Shown here: positions 1 through 7,122 of the stretch, piece by piece
How positions within the stretch are numbered: position 1 is the stretch's first letter
Layout: every line of letters begins with the position of its first letter
From: a virus
DNA length: 26,765 bases
IMG/VR virus record: IMGVR_UViG_3300028591_000065
Reading direction: 5' to 3' (one strand)
Position numbers and translations under genes: made by a program
The notes under the pieces: model-generated
The model's input: only the letters and a program-made list of their open reading frames with translations
Told to the model about the DNA's origin: nothing
The model's database searches: none

Positions 1-127
1 AAAAGTATATGAAGATGATAGAATTTTGCGATATGAAGATTTTCTTACTCGTGAGTTTTATGTAATATTTTATAAAAAAGAAAAAATGTTTGAAGCATTT
101 ACAAATTATGATTGTGTGATAACTATT
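1..127. repeat. Terminal direct repeat, identical to 26639..26765 (circular-closure overlap)
   Basis: Letter-by-letter comparison of the first 127 nt with the last 127 nt shows complete identity. Confidence 0.95.
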
Positions 128-190
128 AGAGAACTACAAGCAATAAATAAACAAATTGAAGAATTGGGGTGGAATAATGTTAAAGATTAA
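2..190 (+). CDS. Hypothetical protein, C-terminal part of the junction-spanning ORF that starts at 26601
   Basis: The frame from ATG 26601 continues at base 2 and ends at TAA 188-190 (75 aa in the circular molecule). The stop overlaps the next gene's start region. Confidence 0.6.
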   Translation, partial: KVYEDDRILRYEDFLTREFYVIFYKKEKMFEAFTNYDCVITIRELQAINKQIEELGWNNVKD

Positions 191-455
191 AGATAATGTA
201 GATTTAAAAGAATTAGAAAAGTTTGGATTTGAATTAAGACACTATCATTGGGCAAATAATATTTATGAAAGACCTTTATTGTATCCTGATTATAGCAAAC
301 AAAGTTTATATGTTGATTTCGATAGTAAAGAAATTGATGAAGAAGAAACTAATTTTAGTGTTATAGATGCAAAAGAAGAACATATACAAGACTTAATAAA
401 AGCAGATTTAGTAGAGAAGGTGGAAGAAAATGAAAGTAATAGATTTATTAAATAA
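177..455 (+). CDS. Hypothetical early protein
   Basis: ORF-track frame 156..455. ATG 177 follows GGGGTGG (167-172), so it is preferred over the TTG at 156. No recognisable motif. Confidence 0.6.
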   Translation: MLKIKDNVDLKELEKFGFELRHYHWANNIYERPLLYPDYSKQSLYVDFDSKEIDEEETNFSVIDAKEEHIQDLIKADLVEKVEENESNRFIK

Positions 456-777
456 AATAGCAAATGGGGAAATAAATGAAGATATTAAGATAGAATATCA
501 GTATGGCTTAAATTATGAATATTGTACTATAAGAGAGTTTTTTGATAGATATATTGTAGATAAAGAAAATCTTAATCAAGAAATAACATTAGAAGATACA
601 ACAAAAGAAGATAAAAAGATAAAAAAATTAAAATATTTGAATACTGATTATCATATGAAACGAAAAAAATATGGTGCATTGACAAATGAAGAAATAGTGC
701 TAGATATACAAACATTAAAAAATTATATAAATGAAATAATAGATAAACTAAAAGGAAGTGATAAAAGTGGAAGCTAA
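430..777 (+). CDS. Hypothetical early protein
   Basis: 115-aa ORF. ATG is preceded by GGTGGAAGAA. Same strand and tight packing with neighbours. Confidence 0.6.
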   Translation: MKVIDLLNKIANGEINEDIKIEYQYGLNYEYCTIREFFDRYIVDKENLNQEITLEDTTKEDKKIKKLKYLNTDYHMKRKKYGALTNEEIVLDIQTLKNYINEIIDKLKGSDKSGS

Positions 778-1171
778 ATTAACTAATGACATAGTAAGTA
801 CAATTGCAGAAGATAAACCACTAATTTACATAAGTGAAGAAGCAATAAACTTAAAAAGAGATAATGATAAATTAAAACAAGAAATAGAAAGATTAAATGA
901 TATTATCAAAACAAAAGATGAAGGTATAAAAGCACTTACTGAAGATTTATGTGATACTACGTTAGAATTAAAAAAACGAAAAAAGGCGAATAGAAAGTTG
1001 CAAAGAATAGCAAATAAAAACGAAATTAAAAACTTTGTATTAAAAAATATCATAAAAGAAGCATTAGATAAACTAACAATAAAACAACTTAGATTTATGA
1101 ATGAAACAGATTATGTATTAGATGATAATGATTTAGATGAAATAATGAAAATATTAGATAAAGGAGAATAG
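758..1171 (+). CDS. Hypothetical coiled-coil protein
   Basis: 137-aa ORF with heptad-like K/E/L-rich sequence (KLKQEIERLNDIIKTKDEG). Start is uncertain: GTG 758 or GTG 767 after AAAGGAAG. Confidence 0.55.
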   Translation: MIKVEAKLTNDIVSTIAEDKPLIYISEEAINLKRDNDKLKQEIERLNDIIKTKDEGIKALTEDLCDTTLELKKRKKANRKLQRIANKNEIKNFVLKNIIKEALDKLTIKQLRFMNETDYVLDDNDLDEIMKILDKGE

Positions 1172-1173
1172 TA

Positions 1174-1518
1174 ATGGAAGCGATTAATACAGGTAGAATA
1201 ACAAAAAATATAATAGACTGTTATATTAAATTAAGAGATAAAGTTGATATAAGTACATATGAAAGATTTAATATAATTATTATAATGAGCCCTAAAACAT
1301 TTTATGAGTTTAGAAATGAATTATCTTATTGTTGTTGCAGAGTAGATAATAGCATAGGCTGTTATTTTGTAGACTTATTTGGTGGAGAAACACCAGTTTT
1401 GATAGATAAAGAACTACCAGAAGAAATAGAGTTTAATATAATGACACAACAAGATTATGAAAGAATTGAAAAAGAAAAAATGTTTGAAAGGTTTAATAAA
1501 ATGTTTTTTGAATATTAG
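1174..1518 (+). CDS. Hypothetical early protein
   Basis: 114-aa ORF. ATG lies 2 nt after the upstream stop, preceded by AAAGGAGAA. Confidence 0.6.
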   Translation: MEAINTGRITKNIIDCYIKLRDKVDISTYERFNIIIIMSPKTFYEFRNELSYCCCRVDNSIGCYFVDLFGGETPVLIDKELPEEIEFNIMTQQDYERIEKEKMFERFNKMFFEY

Positions 1519-1535
1519 ATAAAGGAGTATAAAGT

Positions 1536-1688
1536 ATGAATAAAGAAGAACAAATAGAATTATTAGAATATAGAATATTAAAATTAAAACAAGAACTACC
1601 AATGTTATGTGATAGTGATTATTATAATCAATGTGATTTAATAGAGCAATTAGAAATAGAATTACAAGAGTTAGAATATGGAGTTTAA
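1536..1688 (+). CDS. Small hypothetical protein (50 aa), not in the ORF track
   Basis: ATG 1536 is preceded by AAAGGAG (1521-1527). Translation: MNKEEQIELLEYRILKLKQELPMLCDSDYYNQCDLIEQLEIELQELEYGV. It shares the 16-nt start cassette GGAGTATAAAGTATGA with two other genes. Confidence 0.5.
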   Translation: MNKEEQIELLEYRILKLKQELPMLCDSDYYNQCDLIEQLEIELQELEYGV

Positions 1689-1751
1689 CTTTCCCACAAT
1701 TCCCATTATGTATATGTTAATATGTTATTGTAGTGAATAATACACTACACG

Positions 1752-1776
1752 AAAGCACCTTAAATGGTGTTTTTTG
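1752..1776 (+). terminator. Candidate intrinsic terminator at the end of the early arm
   Basis: Stem AAAGCACC (1752-1759) pairs with GGTGTTTT (1766-1773) with one G-U pair, loop TTAAAT, and runs into a T-run to 1775. Confidence 0.5.
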
Positions 1777-1797
1777 TTTCACTTCAATTTGTAGTAG

Positions 1798-1962
1798 GGT
1801 TGGTTTAATAACCAACCTAGAGTAGATTACTGACATATATATATCTTTTTCCTAGACACACGAACCTTTATTAATTCAGTAGTAATCTATTCTAGGGTGT
1901 TTATTAGCAAAGCAAAAATGTAAGGAGGTATATCTCTCCAACTTACTTAACTTTATTGCTGA
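1798..1962 (+). promoter_or_regulatory. Series of three stem-loops in the ORF-free early/late spacer
   Basis: SL1: GGTTGGTT (1798-1805) / AACCAACC (1810-1817), loop TAAT. SL2: CTAGAGTAGATTACTG (1817-1832) / TAGTAATCTATTCTAG (1880-1895), 16 bp with 2 G-U pairs and a 47-nt loop. SL3: TTAGCAA (1904-1910) / TTGCTGA (1956-1962) encloses GTAAGGAG...CTCC-AAC-TTAC (1920-1946). Confidence 0.55.
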
Positions 1963-1993
1963 TAAGACCTAAAAATGGGTGCAAAAAGGGAAA

Positions 1994-2053
1994 ACGGTTG
2001 CAACATAATTGATTTGAAATAAAAAGAACGTTTGAGGGTTTACGGAGTTGCAA
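1994..2053 (+). promoter_or_regulatory. Direct repeat ACGG(AG)TTGCAA x2 upstream of the first late gene
   Basis: ACGGTTGCAA at 1994-2003 and ACGGAGTTGCAA at 2042-2053. A related GGGTGCAAAAA lies at 1977-1987. Confidence 0.35.
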
Positions 2054-2073
2054 ATAGGAAGGAGTGAAACAAA

Positions 2074-2433
2074 TTGAGAAAAGTAGTTAAAATTAGTGAT
2101 AAAGAATATTCTATGAAATCAAGTGCTTATACTCAATTTAAGTACAAAAATGATACTGGAAGGGGTTTACTTACTGATTTAAAAGAAATAGAAAAGTTTG
2201 GAAACCTAGACCAAGAAGAACAACTTAATAAAACTGAAGATTTATTAGAACTAATATTAAGACTTGCTTATATCATGATAGAAGAAGCTGACGAAAAACA
2301 AGTTAAATCTTATGAAGACTTTTTAAAAGACATTGACGGCATGTTAGATAATACTGACTGGATCACTGAAGTAGTTAGTTTAGCTTCAACACCCTTTTCA
2401 AGGGGAATACAAAAAGTCCCAGAACAAAAGTAG
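2074..2433 (+). CDS. Tail assembly chaperone-like protein (gpG-like)
   Basis: 119-aa ORF. TTG start lies 7 nt after GGAAGGAGTG. The pattern VKISDKEYSMKSSAYTQFKY..TG, then an acidic helical middle, then SYEDFLKDIDGM..DW resembles Gram-positive siphophage TAC proteins (recognised by eye only). Confidence 0.5.
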   Translation: MRKVVKISDKEYSMKSSAYTQFKYKNDTGRGLLTDLKEIEKFGNLDQEEQLNKTEDLLELILRLAYIMIEEADEKQVKSYEDFLKDIDGMLDNTDWITEVVSLASTPFSRGIQKVPEQK

Positions 2434-2614
2434 TGATAGACCAGCAGACGAGTTTGAAATATACGGAGTTGCTTTAAGGTTAGGTTTAACAATAGAAGAC
2501 TTAAAGAATATGAGTTTTGTTAGTTTATACAACACCATAATAAGTTGTACTAGTGAAGAAACGGAACACAAAGCAAGTCAAAAAGAGATAAACAAATATT
2601 TAAAAGGAGTGTAA
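2384..2614 (+). CDS. gpT-like extension, open only in the +1 frame relative to 2074..2433 (putative frameshift product G-T)
   Basis: The frame is open 2384-2614 with no SD-preceded start. It encodes ...DEFEIYGVALRLGLTIEDLKNMSFVSLYNTIISC..., reminiscent of the T part of tail chaperones. It overlaps the gpG-like ORF by 50 nt. Confidence 0.4.
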   Translation, partial: LQHPFQGEYKKSQNKSSDRPADEFEIYGVALRLGLTIEDLKNMSFVSLYNTIISCTSEETEHKASQKEINKYLKGV

Positions 2615-2617
2615 GTT

Positions 2618-2806
2618 ATGGAGTTAATGGTAATTAAAAACTTTTCAAATGCTAAAGGTTCTTTTAACTTTGGAGATATTATTAAATGTACTCCAGAAGA
2701 AGCAAAGTTATTAAAAGAACAAAGGTTAGTAAAAGAATACACTAAAGTAGAAAATGAAAAGTTAGAAGTTAAAAAAGAAACTGCAGTAAAGAAGAAAAAG
2801 AAATGA
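2618..2806 (+). CDS. Small hypothetical protein with a lysine-rich tail
   Basis: 62-aa ORF. ATG is preceded by AAAAGGAGTG. ATGA overlap with the HNH gene. Confidence 0.6.
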   Translation: MELMVIKNFSNAKGSFNFGDIIKCTPEEAKLLKEQRLVKEYTKVENEKLEVKKETAVKKKKK

Positions 2807-3153
2807 ATAGATATTCAGTATACAAGTCTAAAGCGTGGGAGAATATAAGAGTATCTTATGCTAGAAGTAAAAACTGCTTATGTGAAAAGTGTGGTAGACC
2901 AATATATATGACTGGAGTAAGTGAGTACATACCAAAAGAAAAAAGATTAAAAGGTATAGTACACCATAAAATACATTTAGACGAAAGCAATTACAAAGAT
3001 GATAGTATTGCTTATGACTGGAACAACCTAGAATTATTATGTATTCAATGTCATAATGAAGAACACTTTACCAAAGGTAGTGTTAGAGATGAATATTTAT
3101 TTGATGATGAAGGAAATATAAAACCCAAGCATACCCTCCCTAGTCGGCATTAA
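2803..3153 (+). CDS. HNH endonuclease (terminase-associated)
   Basis: Motifs: CEKCGR...HHKIHL...NLELLCIQCHNEEH. Located immediately upstream of terS/terL, as in HK97-like cos phages. Confidence 0.85.
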   Translation: MNRYSVYKSKAWENIRVSYARSKNCLCEKCGRPIYMTGVSEYIPKEKRLKGIVHHKIHLDESNYKDDSIAYDWNNLELLCIQCHNEEHFTKGSVRDEYLFDDEGNIKPKHTLPSRH

Positions 3154-3247
3154 ATCAAGTGCTTTGGGGCAACGGTGTAGGGGAGTTCAAAAAAACACAC
3201 AATTTGAATACATACGAGGGGTTTTGCAAAGATATGGAGTGAAATAA
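3130..3247. other. Candidate cos / terminase recognition region
   Basis: A locally G/C-rich tract in an AT-rich genome: ACCCTCCCTAGTCGGC...GGGGCAACGGTGTAGGGGAG...GAGGGG. It lies between the HNH gene and terS. Confidence 0.35.
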
Positions 3248-3565
3248 ATGAAGATAAAACAAATTGACGAAATATTGAAAAAGATACCAGAAGATAAGAA
3301 GAACGAAGCTAGTTTAGTTGCTTCAAAACTTATGTATATGGAAGAAAAATTAAAGGAATTGCAAAAGTCTATAGACGAGCAAGGTGTTGTAGAACATTTT
3401 ATCAATGGTAAACAAGACTTTTTAAGAGAAAGTCCAGCACTAGCAAGTTATACAAAATTGATGAAAACTTATGACACATTTTATAAGAACTTAATTAACC
3501 TAGTACCAAAAGACATTGAAGTAGTCGAAATTGACGAAGATATGGACGATATATTAAATGACTAA
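3248..3565 (+). CDS. terS: Terminase small subunit (P27-like)
   Basis: 105 aa, located between HNH and terL. The segment GKQDFLRESPALASYTKLMKTY is typical of the P27 family. RBS TGGAGTG. Confidence 0.7.
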   Translation: MKIKQIDEILKKIPEDKKNEASLVASKLMYMEEKLKELQKSIDEQGVVEHFINGKQDFLRESPALASYTKLMKTYDTFYKNLINLVPKDIEVVEIDEDMDDILND

Positions 3566-5237
3566 TTGGATCATTGAGTATCATAACTGGTTATGTGAAA
3601 ACCCTATGAGGGTAAATAAGAAAATAAAAGCAGTCTATGATAGGTTGGTTAAGAATATAGAGACACCAGAAACAATAACATTTTTTAATAAACTGACTGG
3701 AGAAACTGAAACGCATACATACGTATATGATGAAGAAAAAGCAAATAGACCTATAAAGTTTTGTGAATTGTTAAAGCAGTCAAAGGGTGTATGGAGTGGT
3801 AAACCATTAAAGTTGGAACTTTTCCAGAAAGCTTTTATAAGTGCATTGTTTGGTTTTGTAGATAAAGAAACTGGTTTAAGAAAATATCGAAAAGCAGTTT
3901 TTTTTGTTGCAAGAAAAAATGGTAAATCGGTACTTGCTTCTGCAATAGCATTGTATATGTTAGTTGCTGATAAAGAAGGAGGTGCTGAAGTATACGCAGT
4001 TTCTACCAAAAAAGAACAAAGTAAAATTGTTTGGGAAGAAAGCAAACGTATGATAAAAAAGACTAAAGCATTAGATAAACGAATAAGGTGTCTAGTAGGA
4101 GGTATCTACTATGATGAAAAAGATAGTTTGTTTAGAGCTTTAGCAAGTGATAGTAATTCCCTAGACGGACTTAATAGTCATTTAGTAATTGCTGATGAAG
4201 TACACGCTTGGAAAGATAAAAACTTACTAGACGTTATGTACGATAGTATGTCAGCAAGAAGACAACCAATGCTAATTGAAACGTCCACAATGGGAACTAT
4301 AAGACAAAACGTGTTCGATATAGAATACGATTATGCTAGTCAAGTAATTGACGGAGTAGTTGAAGATGAAACATTATTACCAATAATCTATGAGTTAGAT
4401 AATGAAAACGAGTGGATCAATGAGGAGTGCTGGTATAAAGCAAACCCAAGTTTAGGAACTATTAAGTCTATAAAGAGTTTAAGGGAAAAAGTAGAACGAG
4501 CAAAAGCAAACCCTATTGAGTTAGTTAATCTTTTATGTAAAGACTTTAATATAAGACAAAATAGTATCAATGCTTGGCTGACATTTGACGAGTTAAATAA
4601 TGAAGAAATGTATAACGAGTGGAAAGACTGCTACTGCATAGGTGGAGTAGACTTGTCGAGTACAACCGATTTAACTTGTAGTACGATACTAGGAGTTAAA
4701 AATGGGAAAATACGAGTTAAGCAAATGTATTTTATACCAACTAATGCACTAGAAAAGAAAGTAATAGAAGATAAGATACCTTATGACAAATGGTTAAAGG
4801 TGGGTTATTTAAGACTTTCTGGAGATACTAAAATTGATTATCACGACGTAGTTAAATGGTTTTTAGAACAAGTGCAAGAGTTTGATTTAAGACCATTATG
4901 GGTTGGTTATGATAGTTGGAACGCACAATATTTTTGTGATGAAATGGTTAGTAATGGTTTTGATATGGTAGAAGTAAGACAAGGTTTTAAAACGGAGTCA
5001 GCACCATTAAAACAAATGAAAGCTGACTTAATAGATAAGAAGATAAACTATAATAATAACCCTATCTTAAAATGGAACTTATCTAACGTAGTAGTAAAAG
5101 TAGATGATAACGAAAATATAATGTTATCTAAAGAAAAAGCAAGACAAAGAATAGACGGAGTTGCAAGTCTAATGGACGCTTACGTTATTTATGTAAATAA
5201 GCAACAAGAATACTTAAATTATATTGGGGAGGAATAA
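3558..5237 (+). CDS. terL: Terminase large subunit
   Basis: 559 aa. Walker A-like ARKNGKS, Walker B-like LVIADEVHAW, and a C-terminal nuclease-like region. Position is canonical. Confidence 0.9.
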   Translation: MTNWIIEYHNWLCENPMRVNKKIKAVYDRLVKNIETPETITFFNKLTGETETHTYVYDEEKANRPIKFCELLKQSKGVWSGKPLKLELFQKAFISALFGFVDKETGLRKYRKAVFFVARKNGKSVLASAIALYMLVADKEGGAEVYAVSTKKEQSKIVWEESKRMIKKTKALDKRIRCLVGGIYYDEKDSLFRALASDSNSLDGLNSHLVIADEVHAWKDKNLLDVMYDSMSARRQPMLIETSTMGTIRQNVFDIEYDYASQVIDGVVEDETLLPIIYELDNENEWINEECWYKANPSLGTIKSIKSLREKVERAKANPIELVNLLCKDFNIRQNSINAWLTFDELNNEEMYNEWKDCYCIGGVDLSSTTDLTCSTILGVKNGKIRVKQMYFIPTNALEKKVIEDKIPYDKWLKVGYLRLSGDTKIDYHDVVKWFLEQVQEFDLRPLWVGYDSWNAQYFCDEMVSNGFDMVEVRQGFKTESAPLKQMKADLIDKKINYNNNPILKWNLSNVVVKVDDNENIMLSKEKARQRIDGVASLMDAYVIYVNKQQEYLNYIGEE

Positions 5238-5238
5238 T

Positions 5239-6447
5239 ATGGAACGAAGAAGTTTATTCAGTAGAATATTTGGGACTGATAATAGTAGTGAAATACCACA
5301 AACTGCAACTGAAGTGAAAGTGCTAGACGATAGCAAAGCAGTATTTACACCATATAAAGGAGATTTTCATGACGATATAGATATTCGTGCATGTGTAGAC
5401 GCAATAGCTCGTAATGGTGCTAAAATGCACCCTAGACACATACGAAACTTTAATGGCAAAATGGAAGACTTAAAAGATAACCTTTATAAGTTGTTAGCAA
5501 AGCAACCAAACGAGATACAGGACGCATATAAGTTTTATTATCAAGTAATTACAAACCTAGAATTATATAACGATAGTTTTGTATATATTCAAAGAGATAA
5601 AGACTTAAAAGTGACTGGTTTATACCCTTTAGATTTTACTGAAGGTAAACTTTATGAGTTTCAAGGTAAGTTATGGGTAAAGTTTAAGTTTGGTAGAAGT
5701 AAAGAAAGATTTGTACCTTATGACAGTTGCATACACTTAACTAGGTTCGTTGGAAAAGACGGACTATTTGGTGGTTCTACTATACCAATAATAAAGACTT
5801 TATCTATAAAACACGTAATAGATGAGGGAATAATAAATGCAATAAAGACTACACAACACATTAAAGGTATTATTAAATCTACTAAAGCTATGTTAAAACC
5901 AGAAGACGTTAAGAAAATGAGAGACCAATTCGTTGCTGATTTTATTAAATATGGAGATAAAAGTGGTATTGGTGGACTAGACGCAACAACTGATTTTACA
6001 CCAGTTAAGTTAGATCCACAAACTGCAAGTGATAGTCAAATTAAGATATTTGACAATAAAATACTTTCATACTTTGGAGTAAATGAGAATATTATTCAGT
6101 CAAAATATAGTGAAGATGAGTGGAACGCATTTTATGAAAGTGTACTAGAACCAATAGGACTACAAATGAGTTTAGAGTTCACAAATAAAATATTTACACC
6201 AACTGAAAAGAACTTTGGTAATGAAATATTATTTGAAAGTAATAGACTACAATATGCAAGTAATACTACAAAGATAAATCTATTAAGATATGCAAATAAC
6301 ATAATGACTATTAACGAGTTAAGAGAAATATTTAACCTTGCACCAGTTGAAGACGGAGACGTACGTATGCAAGACCTTAACCATGTTAGTAGTGATATAG
6401 CAAATGATTATCAATTAGGAGGAGAAGAAGGAAATGAAGGAAATTAG
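5239..6447 (+). CDS. Portal protein (HK97-family-like)
   Basis: About 402 aa directly after terL. ATG 5239 follows GGGGAGG. The track's TTG 5224 start would overlap the terL stop, so it is rejected. Confidence 0.85.
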   Translation: MERRSLFSRIFGTDNSSEIPQTATEVKVLDDSKAVFTPYKGDFHDDIDIRACVDAIARNGAKMHPRHIRNFNGKMEDLKDNLYKLLAKQPNEIQDAYKFYYQVITNLELYNDSFVYIQRDKDLKVTGLYPLDFTEGKLYEFQGKLWVKFKFGRSKERFVPYDSCIHLTRFVGKDGLFGGSTIPIIKTLSIKHVIDEGIINAIKTTQHIKGIIKSTKAMLKPEDVKKMRDQFVADFIKYGDKSGIGGLDATTDFTPVKLDPQTASDSQIKIFDNKILSYFGVNENIIQSKYSEDEWNAFYESVLEPIGLQMSLEFTNKIFTPTEKNFGNEILFESNRLQYASNTTKINLLRYANNIMTINELREIFNLAPVEDGDVRMQDLNHVSSDIANDYQLGGEEGNEGN

Positions 6448-7036
6448 AAAGTTAGATTTACAATTTAGAGCTGAAGATACTGAAGATAAGAAAATGGAGA
6501 TAAAAGGTTATGCAGTAGTTTTTGATAGCCCAGAAACTTACGATTATACTGAAGTTATTGATAAACACGCATTAGATGAAACTGATATGACTGACGTAGT
6601 TTTAAGATATAATCACGAAGATACATTTATGGTACTAGCAAGAACACGTAATAAGTCTTTAAATCTTAATGTAGATGATAAAGGTTTGTTTATGGAAGCA
6701 ACTTTACAAGACGATATATCACAACACAAAGATATATATAACGCAATTAAAAGTGGTTTAATTGACAAGCAAAGTTTTGCATTTACGGTTGAAGAAGATA
6801 CTTACGATTATGATACCGACACAAGAACTATTACAAAAATAGGTAAGTTGTTTGACGTATCAGTAGTGGATCAACCATTTTATAATGCTACTGACGTAAG
6901 TGTTGCTTCTTCAAATGATGACTTTTTAGAGAGAAGAAACGAATTAAGAAAAGAACACGAAGAAAAGTTAAAAGAAGAAGAAAGAAAAAATATACTACAA
7001 AAAGCAAAAGAAGAAGTATTAAAAAAATTAGGTTAA
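6434..7036 (+). CDS. Prohead protease (HK97-family-like)
   Basis: 200 aa between portal and capsid. The N-terminal segment IKGYAVVFDSPE is typical of this family. The C-terminal tail is K/E-rich. Confidence 0.8.
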   Translation: MKEIRKLDLQFRAEDTEDKKMEIKGYAVVFDSPETYDYTEVIDKHALDETDMTDVVLRYNHEDTFMVLARTRNKSLNLNVDDKGLFMEATLQDDISQHKDIYNAIKSGLIDKQSFAFTVEEDTYDYDTDTRTITKIGKLFDVSVVDQPFYNATDVSVASSNDDFLERRNELRKEHEEKLKEEERKNILQKAKEEVLKKLG

Positions 7037-7046
7037 TACAAGGGTA

Positions 7047-7076
7047 AAGACACAACTGGAATAGGGTGTCTTTTTT
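7047..7076 (+). terminator. Intrinsic terminator between the protease and capsid genes
   Basis: Stem AAGACAC (7047-7053) / GTGTCTT (7066-7072), 12-nt loop AACTGGAATAGG, T-run 7071-7076. Confidence 0.7.
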
Positions 7077-7122
7077 AGTGCTGGAATAGTGCTAGAAACT
7101 TGTTTAATAAAGACTGGAATAG
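7056..7122 (+). repeat. Three direct copies of CTGGAATAG plus an 11-nt tandem duplication
   Basis: CTGGAATAG occurs at 7056-7064 (inside the terminator loop), 7081-7089 and 7114-7122. The tandem duplication is TAGTGCTGGAA / TAGTGCTAGAA at 7076-7097. Confidence 0.85.

Noticed and set aside
1-127. The 127-bp terminal repeat considered as a physical direct terminal repeat or as LTR-like ends of a mobile element.
   Set aside because: The repeat cuts through the middle of an ordinary ORF in the early region, far from the terminase genes, and has a length typical of an assembler k-mer overlap. A circular-closure artefact is the simpler explanation. Read-end analysis would be decisive.
2510-2614. 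A stand-alone 34-aa ORF (ATG 2510) as an alternative to the frameshift interpretation.
   Set aside because: No SD precedes ATG 2510. The frame is open for a further 126 nt upstream, back into the gpG-like gene, which is what a frameshift extension predicts. This alternative is not formally excluded.
3635-4045. Minus-strand ORFs from the track that lie entirely inside plus-strand genes. Examples: 826..1053, 1414..1602, 3187..3405, 3635..4045, 7267..7548, 9031..9279, 11066..12325, 12809..13068, 14456..14677, 16093..16416, 16898..17092, 18734..18976, 19465..19662, 21518..21817, 22531..22863, 23321..23743, 25726..25932 and 26107..26313.
   Set aside because: They are antisense shadows of well-supported genes in an AT-rich, purine-skewed coding strand. 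They give low-complexity F/L/S/I-rich translations, have no SD sequences, and have no room in an otherwise tightly packed single-strand gene layout.
5155-5166. The 12-mer ACGGAGTTGCAA inside terL is identical to the motif at 2042-2053. The 11-mer TACGGAGTTGC also occurs at 2462-2472.
   Set aside because: A single 11-12-nt match inside coding sequence is within chance expectation for all-against-all comparison of a 26.6-kb sequence. Only the two closely spaced intergenic copies were kept as a finding.
5224-5238. Longer N-terminal extensions given by the ORF track: 156 for 177, 5224 for 5239, 9527 for 9590, 22209 for 22218, 23234 for 23297, 23334 for 23412 and 25278 for 25371.
   Set aside because: In each case an internal ATG is preceded at 5-9 nt by a strong AGGAGG-type SD. 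The upstream alternative-codon start lacks one and overlaps the preceding gene.
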